Position numbers and translations under genes: made by a program
Notes under the pieces: model-generated
The model's input: only the letters and a program-made list of their open reading frames with translations
Told to the model about the DNA's origin: nothing
The model's database searches: none
Shown: positions 1-8,551 of the stretch, in pieces
How the letters are laid out: the number at the start of each line of letters is the position of its first letter
How positions within the stretch are numbered: the stretch's first letter is position 1
Assembly (NCBI GenBank): GCA_964558675.1
Contig: CAZLEY010000006.1
Coordinates: forward strand, 15,043 to 79,042
DNA from: an uncultured Dehalococcoidaceae bacterium
GTDB lineage: Bacteria > Chloroflexota > Dehalococcoidia > Dehalococcoidales > RBG-16-60-22
Direction: 5' to 3'
Length of the DNA stretch: 64,000 nucleotides

Positions 1-627
1 AGCCCGCTTTGTGCCGTCTAAGTAGTCGCTTAATTCCCTGTCCTGACATGTATCATAGCAGCATACAGGAATGCCATAGAGCTCATGCAGTAAATCAAGT
101 GTCTTCGGAGCCGTTTCACACAGGGAACCTGAGGTGATTAACATGTCAGGCCTGGGAACCGATTCCGAGACAATGAGTCCCAGAAACGTCTTGACATTAG
201 CACAATGAGTGACCACCCCGGCTTTAAGCCATTTCTTCTCCGCCGCCTCTAAAATGGGGACTATTTTACCAAAGACGCAACCAAGCACCACCTGAAAAGC
301 CCAGCTAAGATTCGCCGCATACACCTCACTGGATTTAGATACCAACGCAGAGCCAATTATCTCCCAGCCGGGTGCCATAAACCCGTAGATTATCTTTTTC
401 TTCCCCTCTTCCCTTGCCAGTACGGCGCTGACTACCTCACGTACACATAGCCGAAAGACCTTTCTTATACCCTTTAATTCAACATCATAATACTTGTTGA
501 GCCTTTGCTTGCCTCGTTCGATATCCTCGGTGGTTATCCCCAACCTGTTGAACGCTTTCTCTATTCTGGGCAACTCTGCCTCAATCTCCTGTTTTTCAAA
601 ACCGCATAATTCCAGTAGTTCAATCAT
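1..627 (-). CDS. 2-hydroxyacyl-CoA dehydratase / BcrC-BadD-HgdB family subunit, N-terminal part (gene continues past the window start)
   Basis: Open minus-strand frame that runs off the window, so it is absent from the ORF track. The ATG (rc of 625-627) lies 2 nt after the stop of the upstream subunit gene. Hand translation: MIELLELCGFEKQEIEAELPRIEKAFNRLGITTEDIERGKQRLNKYYDVELKG...ITSGSLCETAPKTLDLLHELYGIPVCCYDTCQD. Tight pairing with 630-1778 fits the two-subunit layout of this family. Confidence 0.55.
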   Translation of the reverse strand, partial: MIELLELCGFEKQEIEAELPRIEKAFNRLGITTEDIERGKQRLNKYYDVELKGIRKVFRLCVREVVSAVLAREEGKKKIIYGFMAPGWEIIGSALVSKSSEVYAANLSWAFQVVLGCVFGKIVPILEAAEKKWLKAGVVTHCANVKTFLGLIVSESVPRPDMLITSGSLCETAPKTLDLLHELYGIPVCCYDTCQDRELSDYLDGTKRA

Positions 628-629
628 TA

Positions 630-1778
630 TTACGTCACTCCCTTGACTATTTCGATAAAAGCCTCTATACGGGTTTTTAGCTGGCCCGTGTCTGCCGTAC
701 CGTAATCCGATTCCAGAATGAGCATCGGAATATTCCGCTCGGACATCTCATGGGCAAAGTAGTATGATTCGGAGTCGTAAGTCTCGCAACAGAGCAACTC
801 ATACCATATTACCCCGGAGACATTAAAGTCTTTAACCAGTTTGAGGGCGAAATCGAGCCTTTTTTTCGCCGAGTCTCTCATGAAGGCACAGGGTACCCTA
901 TCCACCAGATATCCCCTGGCCAGGGACTGATACAAATCGCCTTTATTCTCGATGGTATGCCAGTAATACCTGATACCCTCGCATATCTCCTCGATAACAA
1001 TCTCGCCACCGGCCGTTTTCACCAGTTCCAGTACCGTATAATCGCCGTAGCTGATGTTTGGCCCGAGCAACATGAGCCTCGGGGAATCTGCCTTACTTTC
1101 TTGCTGTTTATCTTTTAGTTCCTGATAAATGGAATCCAATACATCCACCATAAAATCCGGGTCAGCATAAAAAGAGGCGTGATTCAATTTAACGAAATCC
1201 AGGGCGCTTACCAGCGAGGGAGAAGTACGGCGTATCAAGCTTATGTTCTTCAATAGCTCCCTCATCCTGTTATAGAGAGCAATGGCTCCGGCTATTTTCT
1301 CATCCGTGATTTCATTTCCTGTAAATGCCTGCAGCCTGTCCTTCAGCACCCTTAACCTGTCGGTAAAGTACTCCAGCTCAAAGTCGCCATCAAACTTATG
1401 TGGAATCCCCAGCTTAAATATCTCTAAATCGCCATCGTACTCCCATACCTCAGCCACCTTCTTCAGATGCTGGCACGTAATGGGCGCTACCAGCATATCT
1501 ATCATACTGTAATACGGATTCTCCTTTAACAGCCTTTCGCCAATCTGAGCTCGTGCGAAGGGACAAAAGACATGCGGCAACACTGACAGCGCGGCATCAG
1601 CCGGATGTGGGTTTCCACCGTGCGTCAGGCATAGAGGCACCGCTCCCGAGGCATAAATAATTTCCTCCGGTACATAGTTGCCCGGGAATGTACCTATTAT
1701 CTTCACTCCATCCTTTTTTGCCTCTGCTAATTGTGCCGGTCTGTCCCTCAAATGGGCGGCTAAACGGTTTTCTTCCAT
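630..1778 (-). CDS. 2-hydroxyacyl-CoA dehydratase / benzoyl-CoA reductase B/C-type subunit family protein
   Basis: Track ORF 630..1790. GTFPGNYVPEEIIYASGAVPLCL and conserved Cys contexts (FCPFARA, ITCQHLK, LLCCETYD) are typical of this family. Start moved to ATG 1778 (MEENRL), preceded by a GTGAGGA SD about 5 nt upstream. The track start at 1790 is a GTG inside that SD. Confidence 0.7.
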   Translation of the reverse strand: MEENRLAAHLRDRPAQLAEAKKDGVKIIGTFPGNYVPEEIIYASGAVPLCLTHGGNPHPADAALSVLPHVFCPFARAQIGERLLKENPYYSMIDMLVAPITCQHLKKVAEVWEYDGDLEIFKLGIPHKFDGDFELEYFTDRLRVLKDRLQAFTGNEITDEKIAGAIALYNRMRELLKNISLIRRTSPSLVSALDFVKLNHASFYADPDFMVDVLDSIYQELKDKQQESKADSPRLMLLGPNISYGDYTVLELVKTAGGEIVIEEICEGIRYYWHTIENKGDLYQSLARGYLVDRVPCAFMRDSAKKRLDFALKLVKDFNVSGVIWYELLCCETYDSESYYFAHEMSERNIPMLILESDYGTADTGQLKTRIEAFIEIVKGVT

Positions 1779-2029
1779 CGTGTTCCTCACTTAATTCCTA
1801 TTTGATATACATGGTCAAGACACTAAAAGCTGCTGGTTCTTGTTTCCTTATTTGAGAAAATCTGTGGTCGTCAGTATGTAAGGCACAACCCGTTAATGCA
1901 TGTCAATATATATGTTAGCCAATTGAACTGTTTCAGTCAAGGCAGCGTGCTCTTCGCTCGAATTCTCACGGTCTCGCAAGAGTATGTTGCAGTTATCACT
2001 AAAGCCAGTTTATCTTATTATAGCCTTTT

Positions 2030-3202
2030 CTATTTTCCAATAACAGTGGGACTTATCCCCGGGGTCATGAGCTTTTTAACCGCTGCCTCATTCAGTTCAC
2101 ACCCGATTCCGGGTCCGTGCGGCGGATAGAGGAACCCGTCTTCATACCTGGGGACATTTACGGCAAGGTCATCCGTTATCGGGGATTTAGCCGTATCCAG
2201 AGCTTCGCTCAGGTGCAGAGGCCCCAAGTTCTCATGTTCCATCTTGGTCGTCCATTCATCGGAGGCAAGAAGGTGTGCCCCGACCGCAGCTTCGAACCCG
2301 GAGCCCGTCATACAGCCGCACATTACGGGTAAATCGGCGGCTTTGGCGATGGCTATCCACTTCTTGGCTTTTAATAACCCGCCTGCTTTGGCCACCTTGA
2401 GAGCCAGGCCATCCGCCGCACCCTTCTGGATAATATCAAGCAGGTGACTGAGCTCGGCGGCAGATTCATCCGGGAATATCGGAATGGACACTTTTTTACG
2501 CAGATTCGCCATGCCGTCAATATCCCACCACGGCACGGGCTGCTCGCACAGGGCAATATCAAATTGCTCCATCCTTCTCAGGTTGTTCAACGCCTGATAG
2601 AAATTCCAGCCGCCGTTAGGGTCAATGGTCAATTTAATGTCATCGCCGACGGCTTTTCTGATTGCCGCTACATTCTGAATATCCAGCTTGATGTCCAAGT
2701 AGCCTACTTTTATCTTAATGACTTTAAAGCCGGCCTCTACCGCTTTCATTGAATCGGCTACCATTTCTTTGGCGTTGTCAGCAGCCACCACATAGCCGTG
2801 CGGAATTTTCTCAATGGTCAGGCCACCCAGCAGCTGGTAAATCGGCACTCCCAGGGCCTTGCCGACAATGTCATGCAGGGCGTAGTCTATCACCGCTTTT
2901 GCCTGGTTATTATGCTTGGCGATTTTGTCCATTCTGGCGACGATTTTCTCGATTTTAAAGGGGTCTTCGCCGAGCAGCGCCTGAGGGCCGAAGTGATTAT
3001 TAATCATGGCCATAATAGCTTCCTGGGTATCGCCGCCGTACCATTCTGAGGTGCCGCCCGAGTCGGCTATCCCCGTGATACCTTCGTCGGTATGCATCTT
3101 AACGAGGACAAGGGTAGAACCCAGTAAAGGACCGCCCGACATGACAACCCTTCTTTTTATAGGTATGGTAACGGGTATACATTCAATCCTGGTAATTTTC
3201 AT
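2030..3202 (-). CDS. Enolase-superfamily enzyme (mandelate racemase / muconate lactonizing enzyme family)
   Basis: KITRIECIPVTIPIK capping-domain start and the barrel motifs KIKVG, IDPNGGW, LCEQP, FPDES. Start set to ATG 3202 (MKITRIE) with a GAGGAG SD 7 nt upstream. The track start at 3253 would overlap the upstream gene. Confidence 0.8.
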   Translation of the reverse strand: MKITRIECIPVTIPIKRRVVMSGGPLLGSTLVLVKMHTDEGITGIADSGGTSEWYGGDTQEAIMAMINNHFGPQALLGEDPFKIEKIVARMDKIAKHNNQAKAVIDYALHDIVGKALGVPIYQLLGGLTIEKIPHGYVVAADNAKEMVADSMKAVEAGFKVIKIKVGYLDIKLDIQNVAAIRKAVGDDIKLTIDPNGGWNFYQALNNLRRMEQFDIALCEQPVPWWDIDGMANLRKKVSIPIFPDESAAELSHLLDIIQKGAADGLALKVAKAGGLLKAKKWIAIAKAADLPVMCGCMTGSGFEAAVGAHLLASDEWTTKMEHENLGPLHLSEALDTAKSPITDDLAVNVPRYEDGFLYPPHGPGIGCELNEAAVKKLMTPGISPTVIGK

Positions 3203-3231
3203 TTTCGCTCTCCTCGCTGATTGATTTTCGA

Positions 3232-4101
3232 TTACTTTTTCCCTCCGAGCCATGTAGTTTCATGTTCGGTGTTCAGACTCATGGCGCTAAAGCTGTAAGG
3301 TTTATCAACTCTCCTGGTTATCAGTGGACAGTGGACAAGTCCTTTAGGGGCAACAACCACGGTGGGGGTATCGAATACATGTATCTCCTGCTCCTCTCCC
3401 ATAGCTATTTCGATTTCCACCCCCAGATAGTTTGGATTATCAGGGTCGAGGCCGACAAAAAGGAGGGCTTCATCATTGGGGTGCACATGCGGGTCCTGCT
3501 CATGCCAGGCACCGATGCCGGTGTGAAACGCCCAGGTAAAATTCAGGTTGAACCCCTCCATATCTTTACCGCTCCACCACTCGATAAAGTCGGCATTCCC
3601 TCCCGTTTTACGCTTGGTATCACGTAGTTCTAATTTCTTCACCAGGTGTCTGTACTTCAACTCCGATTGAGATTCTTCGCCGCTTGCTGGTATTTCTGCC
3701 ATCTTGTGTTCAGCGTCAAGAGAAATCGCCAGAAAGCCAAAAGGTTTGTCCACTTTTCTGGATACTAAAGGACAGTGCGGGAACCCTGGGGGAAGAATGA
3801 CAACGGTGGGGGAATCTATTACATGTTTCTCCCCTTCCTCACCCATCGCCAGTTCGATTTCCGCCCCCAGATAATTCGGATTATCATAGTCGAGACCCGT
3901 GAAAAGCAGACACTCACCGTAAGGATGCGCGTGTCTGACGCCCCCATCGCCTCCCCAGGCACCGACCTTACGGCGGTATCCCCAGGCAAAACTAAGATTT
4001 ATCCCTTCCAGGTCCGCGCCCCTCGGCATCGTCATATATTCGCCGTGGCTCGCTTCGTATTTCAGCTTTTTCACCAGGTGGCCGTACTTTCCATCAGACA
4101 T
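3232..4101 (-). CDS. Bicupin-like protein of unknown function (internal tandem duplication)
   Basis: 289 aa made of two homologous halves (res ~5-140 and ~150-285). Shared strings: HLVKKL, NPNYLG.EIE.AMGEE, PTVV, HCPL..R.VDKP. The second half carries a cupin-like HVHPNDEALLFVG motif. The stop lies 29 nt upstream of the enolase-family start at 3202. Confidence 0.6.
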   Translation of the reverse strand: MSDGKYGHLVKKLKYEASHGEYMTMPRGADLEGINLSFAWGYRRKVGAWGGDGGVRHAHPYGECLLFTGLDYDNPNYLGAEIELAMGEEGEKHVIDSPTVVILPPGFPHCPLVSRKVDKPFGFLAISLDAEHKMAEIPASGEESQSELKYRHLVKKLELRDTKRKTGGNADFIEWWSGKDMEGFNLNFTWAFHTGIGAWHEQDPHVHPNDEALLFVGLDPDNPNYLGVEIEIAMGEEQEIHVFDTPTVVVAPKGLVHCPLITRRVDKPYSFSAMSLNTEHETTWLGGKK

Positions 4102-4227
4102 TTTTTATGACCCCCTTCTACCCATTAAAGAGAGTATAGCGTTTAATTTCGCCATCCGCAACGCCTTATATACTTACCGATATTCCCCGGTTATTGCCTA
4201 TGTATCCATCCAGAATAAGAGGCGAGT

Positions 4228-4256
4228 TTGACACGGAGAGTTCAGTCGGATAAAGT
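4228..4256 (+). promoter_or_regulatory. Candidate sigma70-type promoter for the 4339-5621 genes
   Basis: TTGACA (4228-4233), 17-nt spacer, TAAAGT (4251-4256), in the 237-bp divergent intergenic region. Confidence 0.35.
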
Positions 4257-4338
4257 TTCTATATAGAAGCCGTCTCATAAAAGCCGAAACCCCACATATA
4301 TTTATAATATTATGAATATCGATTAACCGGAGGTAGAT

Positions 4339-5229
4339 ATGAACGTAGGTTTTATAGGCATCGGGCAGATGGGGAAATACATGTCAAACAGAATACTGGA
4401 GGCCGGATATAACCTGACCGTTAACGACCTAAAAAAAGAGATAGCGGCCCCACTGATAGCCAGGGGGGCAAAGTGGTGCGATACCCCCGGGGAAGTGGCC
4501 GCAGCAACTCAGGTGGTTTTTTCCAGTTTGCCGACCCCCGGTAGTGTCGAGGAGGTAGTTTACGGGGAAAATGGACTCAAGTCCGGATGGAAAGACGGAG
4601 ATATTTATGTGGATATGAGTACCAATTCTCCATCCACCATCAGGAGGATAGCCGAAGATGCCAGGTCTATGGGAGTGGCCGTACTGGATGCGCCGGTGAG
4701 CGGCGGCGTAAAAGGTGCCGAAACAGGCAATCTTACCATAATGGTTGGGGGTGACAGTGCGTCTCTGGAAAAGATAAAAGAAATCATGGCGACTATGGGC
4801 CAGAAGATATTTCCGGTAGGTGACGCCGGCTGCGGCAATGCTGCCAAGCTCGTCAATAATTTAATCGCCCTTGCCTGCAACTCAATATCGGCTGAGGGAT
4901 TCGTCCTCGGCGTCAAAGCGGGCATCAACCCACAGGTTCTTTGGGACATCATTACTATAAGTACGGGCAATAACTGGTGTTTACAGCAGTATCCCAATAC
5001 TACTTTTCATGGCAATTTCGAGCCCGGCTTCAGAGTCGGCCTTGCCTATAAAGACATCAGCCTGGCGATTGAACTGGGCAAAGAATACGGCGTACCGCTC
5101 CCCATAGGAACCGCCGTACAAAAGGACCTCGATAATACTATGGCGGCGGGCCTTGCCGATAAAGGGGTTGACGCCGTGATATTACCCAGGGAAAAGGCAG
5201 CCGGAGTGGAAGTACGCTTGCCTGAATAG
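4339..5229 (+). CDS. NAD(P)-dependent beta-hydroxyacid dehydrogenase (3-hydroxyisobutyrate / 2-hydroxy-3-oxopropionate reductase family)
   Basis: N-terminal Rossmann motif GFIGIGQMGKYM, plus DAPVSGG and GNAAKLVNN. GGAGGT SD 5 nt before the ATG. Confidence 0.8.
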   Translation: MNVGFIGIGQMGKYMSNRILEAGYNLTVNDLKKEIAAPLIARGAKWCDTPGEVAAATQVVFSSLPTPGSVEEVVYGENGLKSGWKDGDIYVDMSTNSPSTIRRIAEDARSMGVAVLDAPVSGGVKGAETGNLTIMVGGDSASLEKIKEIMATMGQKIFPVGDAGCGNAAKLVNNLIALACNSISAEGFVLGVKAGINPQVLWDIITISTGNNWCLQQYPNTTFHGNFEPGFRVGLAYKDISLAIELGKEYGVPLPIGTAVQKDLDNTMAAGLADKGVDAVILPREKAAGVEVRLPE

Positions 5230-5264
5230 AGCTAATAAACAACCGATAAAGACGAGGAGGGAAA

Positions 5265-5621
5265 ATGATAGTTATAAATAGCGACGATGTAAAAGCCGAA
5301 GAAACCAGCGATGAAATAGTCGGCCAGGGGCCGGTCTACAGGAAGTCATTGATTGATGCTAAAGATACAGGAGGGTTTGGTATTCTGCTGGTAACCTTCA
5401 GTCCGGGAGCCAAATTAAACTTTCATACCCATACCTTCGAGCAAATCCTCTACGTTACCGAGGGAAAGGGCATAGTAGCGACCCCGCAGGAAGAGAAAAT
5501 CGTGACGCCGGGCGCAGTTATCTTCATACCGCCGGGCGAGGTGCACTGGCATGGAGCTACCGAGGACTCCTCATTTTCGCATATAGCCATACAGAAGCCG
5601 GGGATAAAGCTGGCTCAATAG
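5265..5621 (+). CDS. Cupin domain protein
   Basis: 118 aa. FHTHTFEQILYVTEGKG (cupin motif 1) and GEVHWHGA (motif 2). GAGGAGGG SD. Confidence 0.7.
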   Translation: MIVINSDDVKAEETSDEIVGQGPVYRKSLIDAKDTGGFGILLVTFSPGAKLNFHTHTFEQILYVTEGKGIVATPQEEKIVTPGAVIFIPPGEVHWHGATEDSSFSHIAIQKPGIKLAQ

Positions 5622-5690
5622 CCATAATACTATGCTATTGATTGAGCCATCTCCCGGCTAACAGAGGCATCGCACCTCGCAGCCCGAAGT

Positions 5691-7220
5691 CTAATCATTC
5701 GCCGTAATATAGTTGGTGGATTCCGATGCTGTGTTCGGGTCAAACGTTTTCTTAATCTTTCTCAACCACAGATGGTAATTGGACGTATGCGGCCCGTACT
5801 GGTCATGAGCCGCATTACCCCACACATGGCCCGGCACCCCAAAGTGACCCTCTATAGCCGTTTTATTGGCAAACATCACAACCTCAGCTACAGCTTTCAT
5901 TGACTCAGGGTCCTGCTTATTAAACCGGATGAGAAGCTCGGCATGTCCGGCATGTCCGTGTTCAACTGACTGTACGAAGGGGTCAGTGCCGTCAGCGTGC
6001 AGCCGTCCTTCATTAATAAGGCGCTGCTTAAGCGGGGATGAACGCAGAATGTACTGATGCATGAGATTAAACACATCAGTGCCCCCTACCTCCCCCGCGA
6101 ATACGCCTGAGGCTCGGGCTACCTCTCTGATAGAGCTGGTGACCCTTATGAAACGCCACATGAAACCTCCGGCGTTTTTTGGGTTCTCAACCGGCTTCAG
6201 AGACTCGCCTTCATAATCATCCATAATCTGCTGTAAAGTCTTCTTTTTATATTCGGTGTCGCTCGGGGAGTTACCGGCCATTATGACTAAAAAGCCCGGC
6301 CCCTTTACCAAATTGGTAAATTGCTTCATATAGGCAAGGTCTTCATTGTTATTCGTGGCGATATTTGCGGACAGCATGGCCGGATTGAAGCCCATAAATA
6401 TGAACCCTAATTCAGCTTCCCCTACCTTGTATGCAGCCTGGTTCAATTTCTCTGGTGATGGGAAGGAGATATACCGCACCATAAAGCCCGGCGGTATATG
6501 GCTCGGGTGATAGTGTGGCGATACCCCTTCGATGGGAAACGTCGGCGGTCCCGGCCAGTGATAAATCTTTTGCGCCGCCCTGGTATAGACGCCGAGTCCT
6601 CCCAGCGGCATCACATTACCTCTGATGATGCCCCTCAAAGACGGGCCCGGGCCATCGCCGCACCACCACTGACCTATTGACCCCAGTGAACCCGCCCTAA
6701 CGATTTCGCCGTCAGGGGTCACCCATTCCAGGGCCAGCTGATTTCTCTCCCCGTAACTGCCGCTGACACTCAGATGCCCTATCCCCTGATGAGCCGCCAA
6801 AGGGAGTGCCGAGCAGTTGCTGCCGGCCCCAGTGATATTGCAGTTCAAGCCTCTCTTCATTAACTCAGCCTGAAGCTGGGCACCAATAACATATGGTTCA
6901 ACCACCACATACATATTTTTTTCATTGATTTCCAGGATGCGGTTCATCCTCCTCAGGTCCAGTTTGACGACGCCCGGACCACCGGCGTCACCGTAAGCGC
7001 CCCAGCCTGTACTGGATGCCTTAAACTGCACCTTGAACCTGTTACAAAGCCTGACTATCGCCTGGACTTCCGCCGTATTTTTGGGAAGGGTTACAGCCTC
7101 AAACCTGGGCCTTCCCCGCTGAGCGTATGAACCCATAATTAAGGGGACTTCGGAGATATACTCCGGTCCCACTATATCTTCTAACGCTTCATAGAGTTCT
7201 CTTTCTAAAGCCACAATCAA
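5691..7220 (-). CDS. FAD-linked oxidase subunit (GlcD / FAD_binding_4 family)
   Basis: 509 aa. N-terminal PCMH-type FAD-binding region (LPKNTAEVQAIVRLCNRFKV...VVKLDLRRMNRILEINEKNMYVVVEPYV). The start is TTG 7220 or GTG 7214, after an AGGAGG SD. It is the last gene of a three-gene minus-strand operon. Confidence 0.7.
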   Translation of the reverse strand: MIVALERELYEALEDIVGPEYISEVPLIMGSYAQRGRPRFEAVTLPKNTAEVQAIVRLCNRFKVQFKASSTGWGAYGDAGGPGVVKLDLRRMNRILEINEKNMYVVVEPYVIGAQLQAELMKRGLNCNITGAGSNCSALPLAAHQGIGHLSVSGSYGERNQLALEWVTPDGEIVRAGSLGSIGQWWCGDGPGPSLRGIIRGNVMPLGGLGVYTRAAQKIYHWPGPPTFPIEGVSPHYHPSHIPPGFMVRYISFPSPEKLNQAAYKVGEAELGFIFMGFNPAMLSANIATNNNEDLAYMKQFTNLVKGPGFLVIMAGNSPSDTEYKKKTLQQIMDDYEGESLKPVENPKNAGGFMWRFIRVTSSIREVARASGVFAGEVGGTDVFNLMHQYILRSSPLKQRLINEGRLHADGTDPFVQSVEHGHAGHAELLIRFNKQDPESMKAVAEVVMFANKTAIEGHFGVPGHVWGNAAHDQYGPHTSNYHLWLRKIKKTFDPNTASESTNYITAND

Positions 7221-7231
7221 TTACCTCCTGT

Positions 7232-8500
7232 TCAGATGGCCTTCTCTAAAAGCTCAACGACATCATATACCTTGAGGCTGTCTTTATTCTCTTTGACGGC
7301 TTCTTTGAAGACCTGCTCGCAGCCGGGGCAGGCAGTCACGATAGCCTCAGCCCCGGTAGACTGAGCTTCTTCTATTCTCTCTTTAGCCGTCCACCTGGCA
7401 AACTCTGGATTCGACTCCTTAACACCTCCGCCGGCACCACAGCACCAGGCATATTCCTTTATCCTGTCCATCTCAACGAGCTTTAAGCCGGGAATACTCT
7501 TAAGGACATCCCGCGGTGGCTCGTAAACGCCATAGGTGCCCCGCCTGAACTCTTTCGGAGGGTCAAAGACACGTATATGCCCGGGAACCGGTTTTCCTTC
7601 CCAGTGTATATACGGCTCTCCCAGCCTGCCCAGATGGCAGGGGTCATGATAGGTGACCTTAACATTAACCTTCCTGGCAGGTTTCAGCTTACCCTCTTTG
7701 ATAAGGCGGGCAAGGTATTCCGTGGTATGCAGCACTTCCAGCTTATCTTTAAGGCCGAATTTATCATAGAGCACCTTGAAGGCGTAATAGCAATCGGCAC
7801 AGCCGGTCACCAGTATCTCGGCGCCCGATTTCTTAATCAGTTCCATGTTTTGTTTAGCCTGATTTAAGAAGTCCTCCTTATAGCCCATCTGGTAAGCCCG
7901 ACCGCCACAGCACGACTCGTTTTTTCCGGCAATGCCTACATCAACGCCTGCTTTTTTCAGCAATTTTACCGTGGCCACAGCCACCTTCCACATATCTTCG
8001 TCGTAACAAACCCGGCACCCGGCGTGGTAAATGACCTTCGTCTTCTCTCTGGTAATATCTTTAACGTCCAGCCCGCCGGCCCATTCTCCGCGCCTGGCCT
8101 TCGCCCCGGGTACCATGGTGCCCTGTTTCCGCAGGCTGTTAATAACGCCGTCCAGGACAGGGACAGTATGGCCGTCCTCCACGCATTTAATCCTGATTTC
8201 ATTTATCGGCTCCAGCACTTCCATGTCCATGGCATATTTACAGGAGATGTCACAGGCACCGCACATCTGACAGTTGTAAACCACCTCAAGGAGCTTATCG
8301 TCATATTCAAGTTCCTTCTCCAGCATGGCTATGCCCATGTTAACTCTGCCGCCGCCGGAATAGGTGTGGAAGTTATATCTGGCTATGCTGGGGCAAACAT
8401 ATGAATGTTTAATCTCCTTCAACTTCTCCAGCGGGACAAATTTGCATATCGAGCAGCGGCAACACATTTCCATATCACTTCTATAATCTTCTAACGCCAT
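7232..8500 (-). CDS. Fe-S oxidoreductase subunit, GlcF/LutA-like, with two CCG domains
   Basis: Two ferredoxin-type Cys clusters (CCRCSICKFVP, CQMCGACDISC) followed by two CCG motifs (ESCCGGRAY, WCCGAGGGV). AGGAGGG SD. Confidence 0.75.
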   Translation of the reverse strand: MALEDYRSDMEMCCRCSICKFVPLEKLKEIKHSYVCPSIARYNFHTYSGGGRVNMGIAMLEKELEYDDKLLEVVYNCQMCGACDISCKYAMDMEVLEPINEIRIKCVEDGHTVPVLDGVINSLRKQGTMVPGAKARRGEWAGGLDVKDITREKTKVIYHAGCRVCYDEDMWKVAVATVKLLKKAGVDVGIAGKNESCCGGRAYQMGYKEDFLNQAKQNMELIKKSGAEILVTGCADCYYAFKVLYDKFGLKDKLEVLHTTEYLARLIKEGKLKPARKVNVKVTYHDPCHLGRLGEPYIHWEGKPVPGHIRVFDPPKEFRRGTYGVYEPPRDVLKSIPGLKLVEMDRIKEYAWCCGAGGGVKESNPEFARWTAKERIEEAQSTGAEAIVTACPGCEQVFKEAVKENKDSLKVYDVVELLEKAI

Positions 8501-8551
8501 TTCTTTCCCTCCTTAGAGTATCCATCTGGTTATTTCTTGCATCAACAAGCA

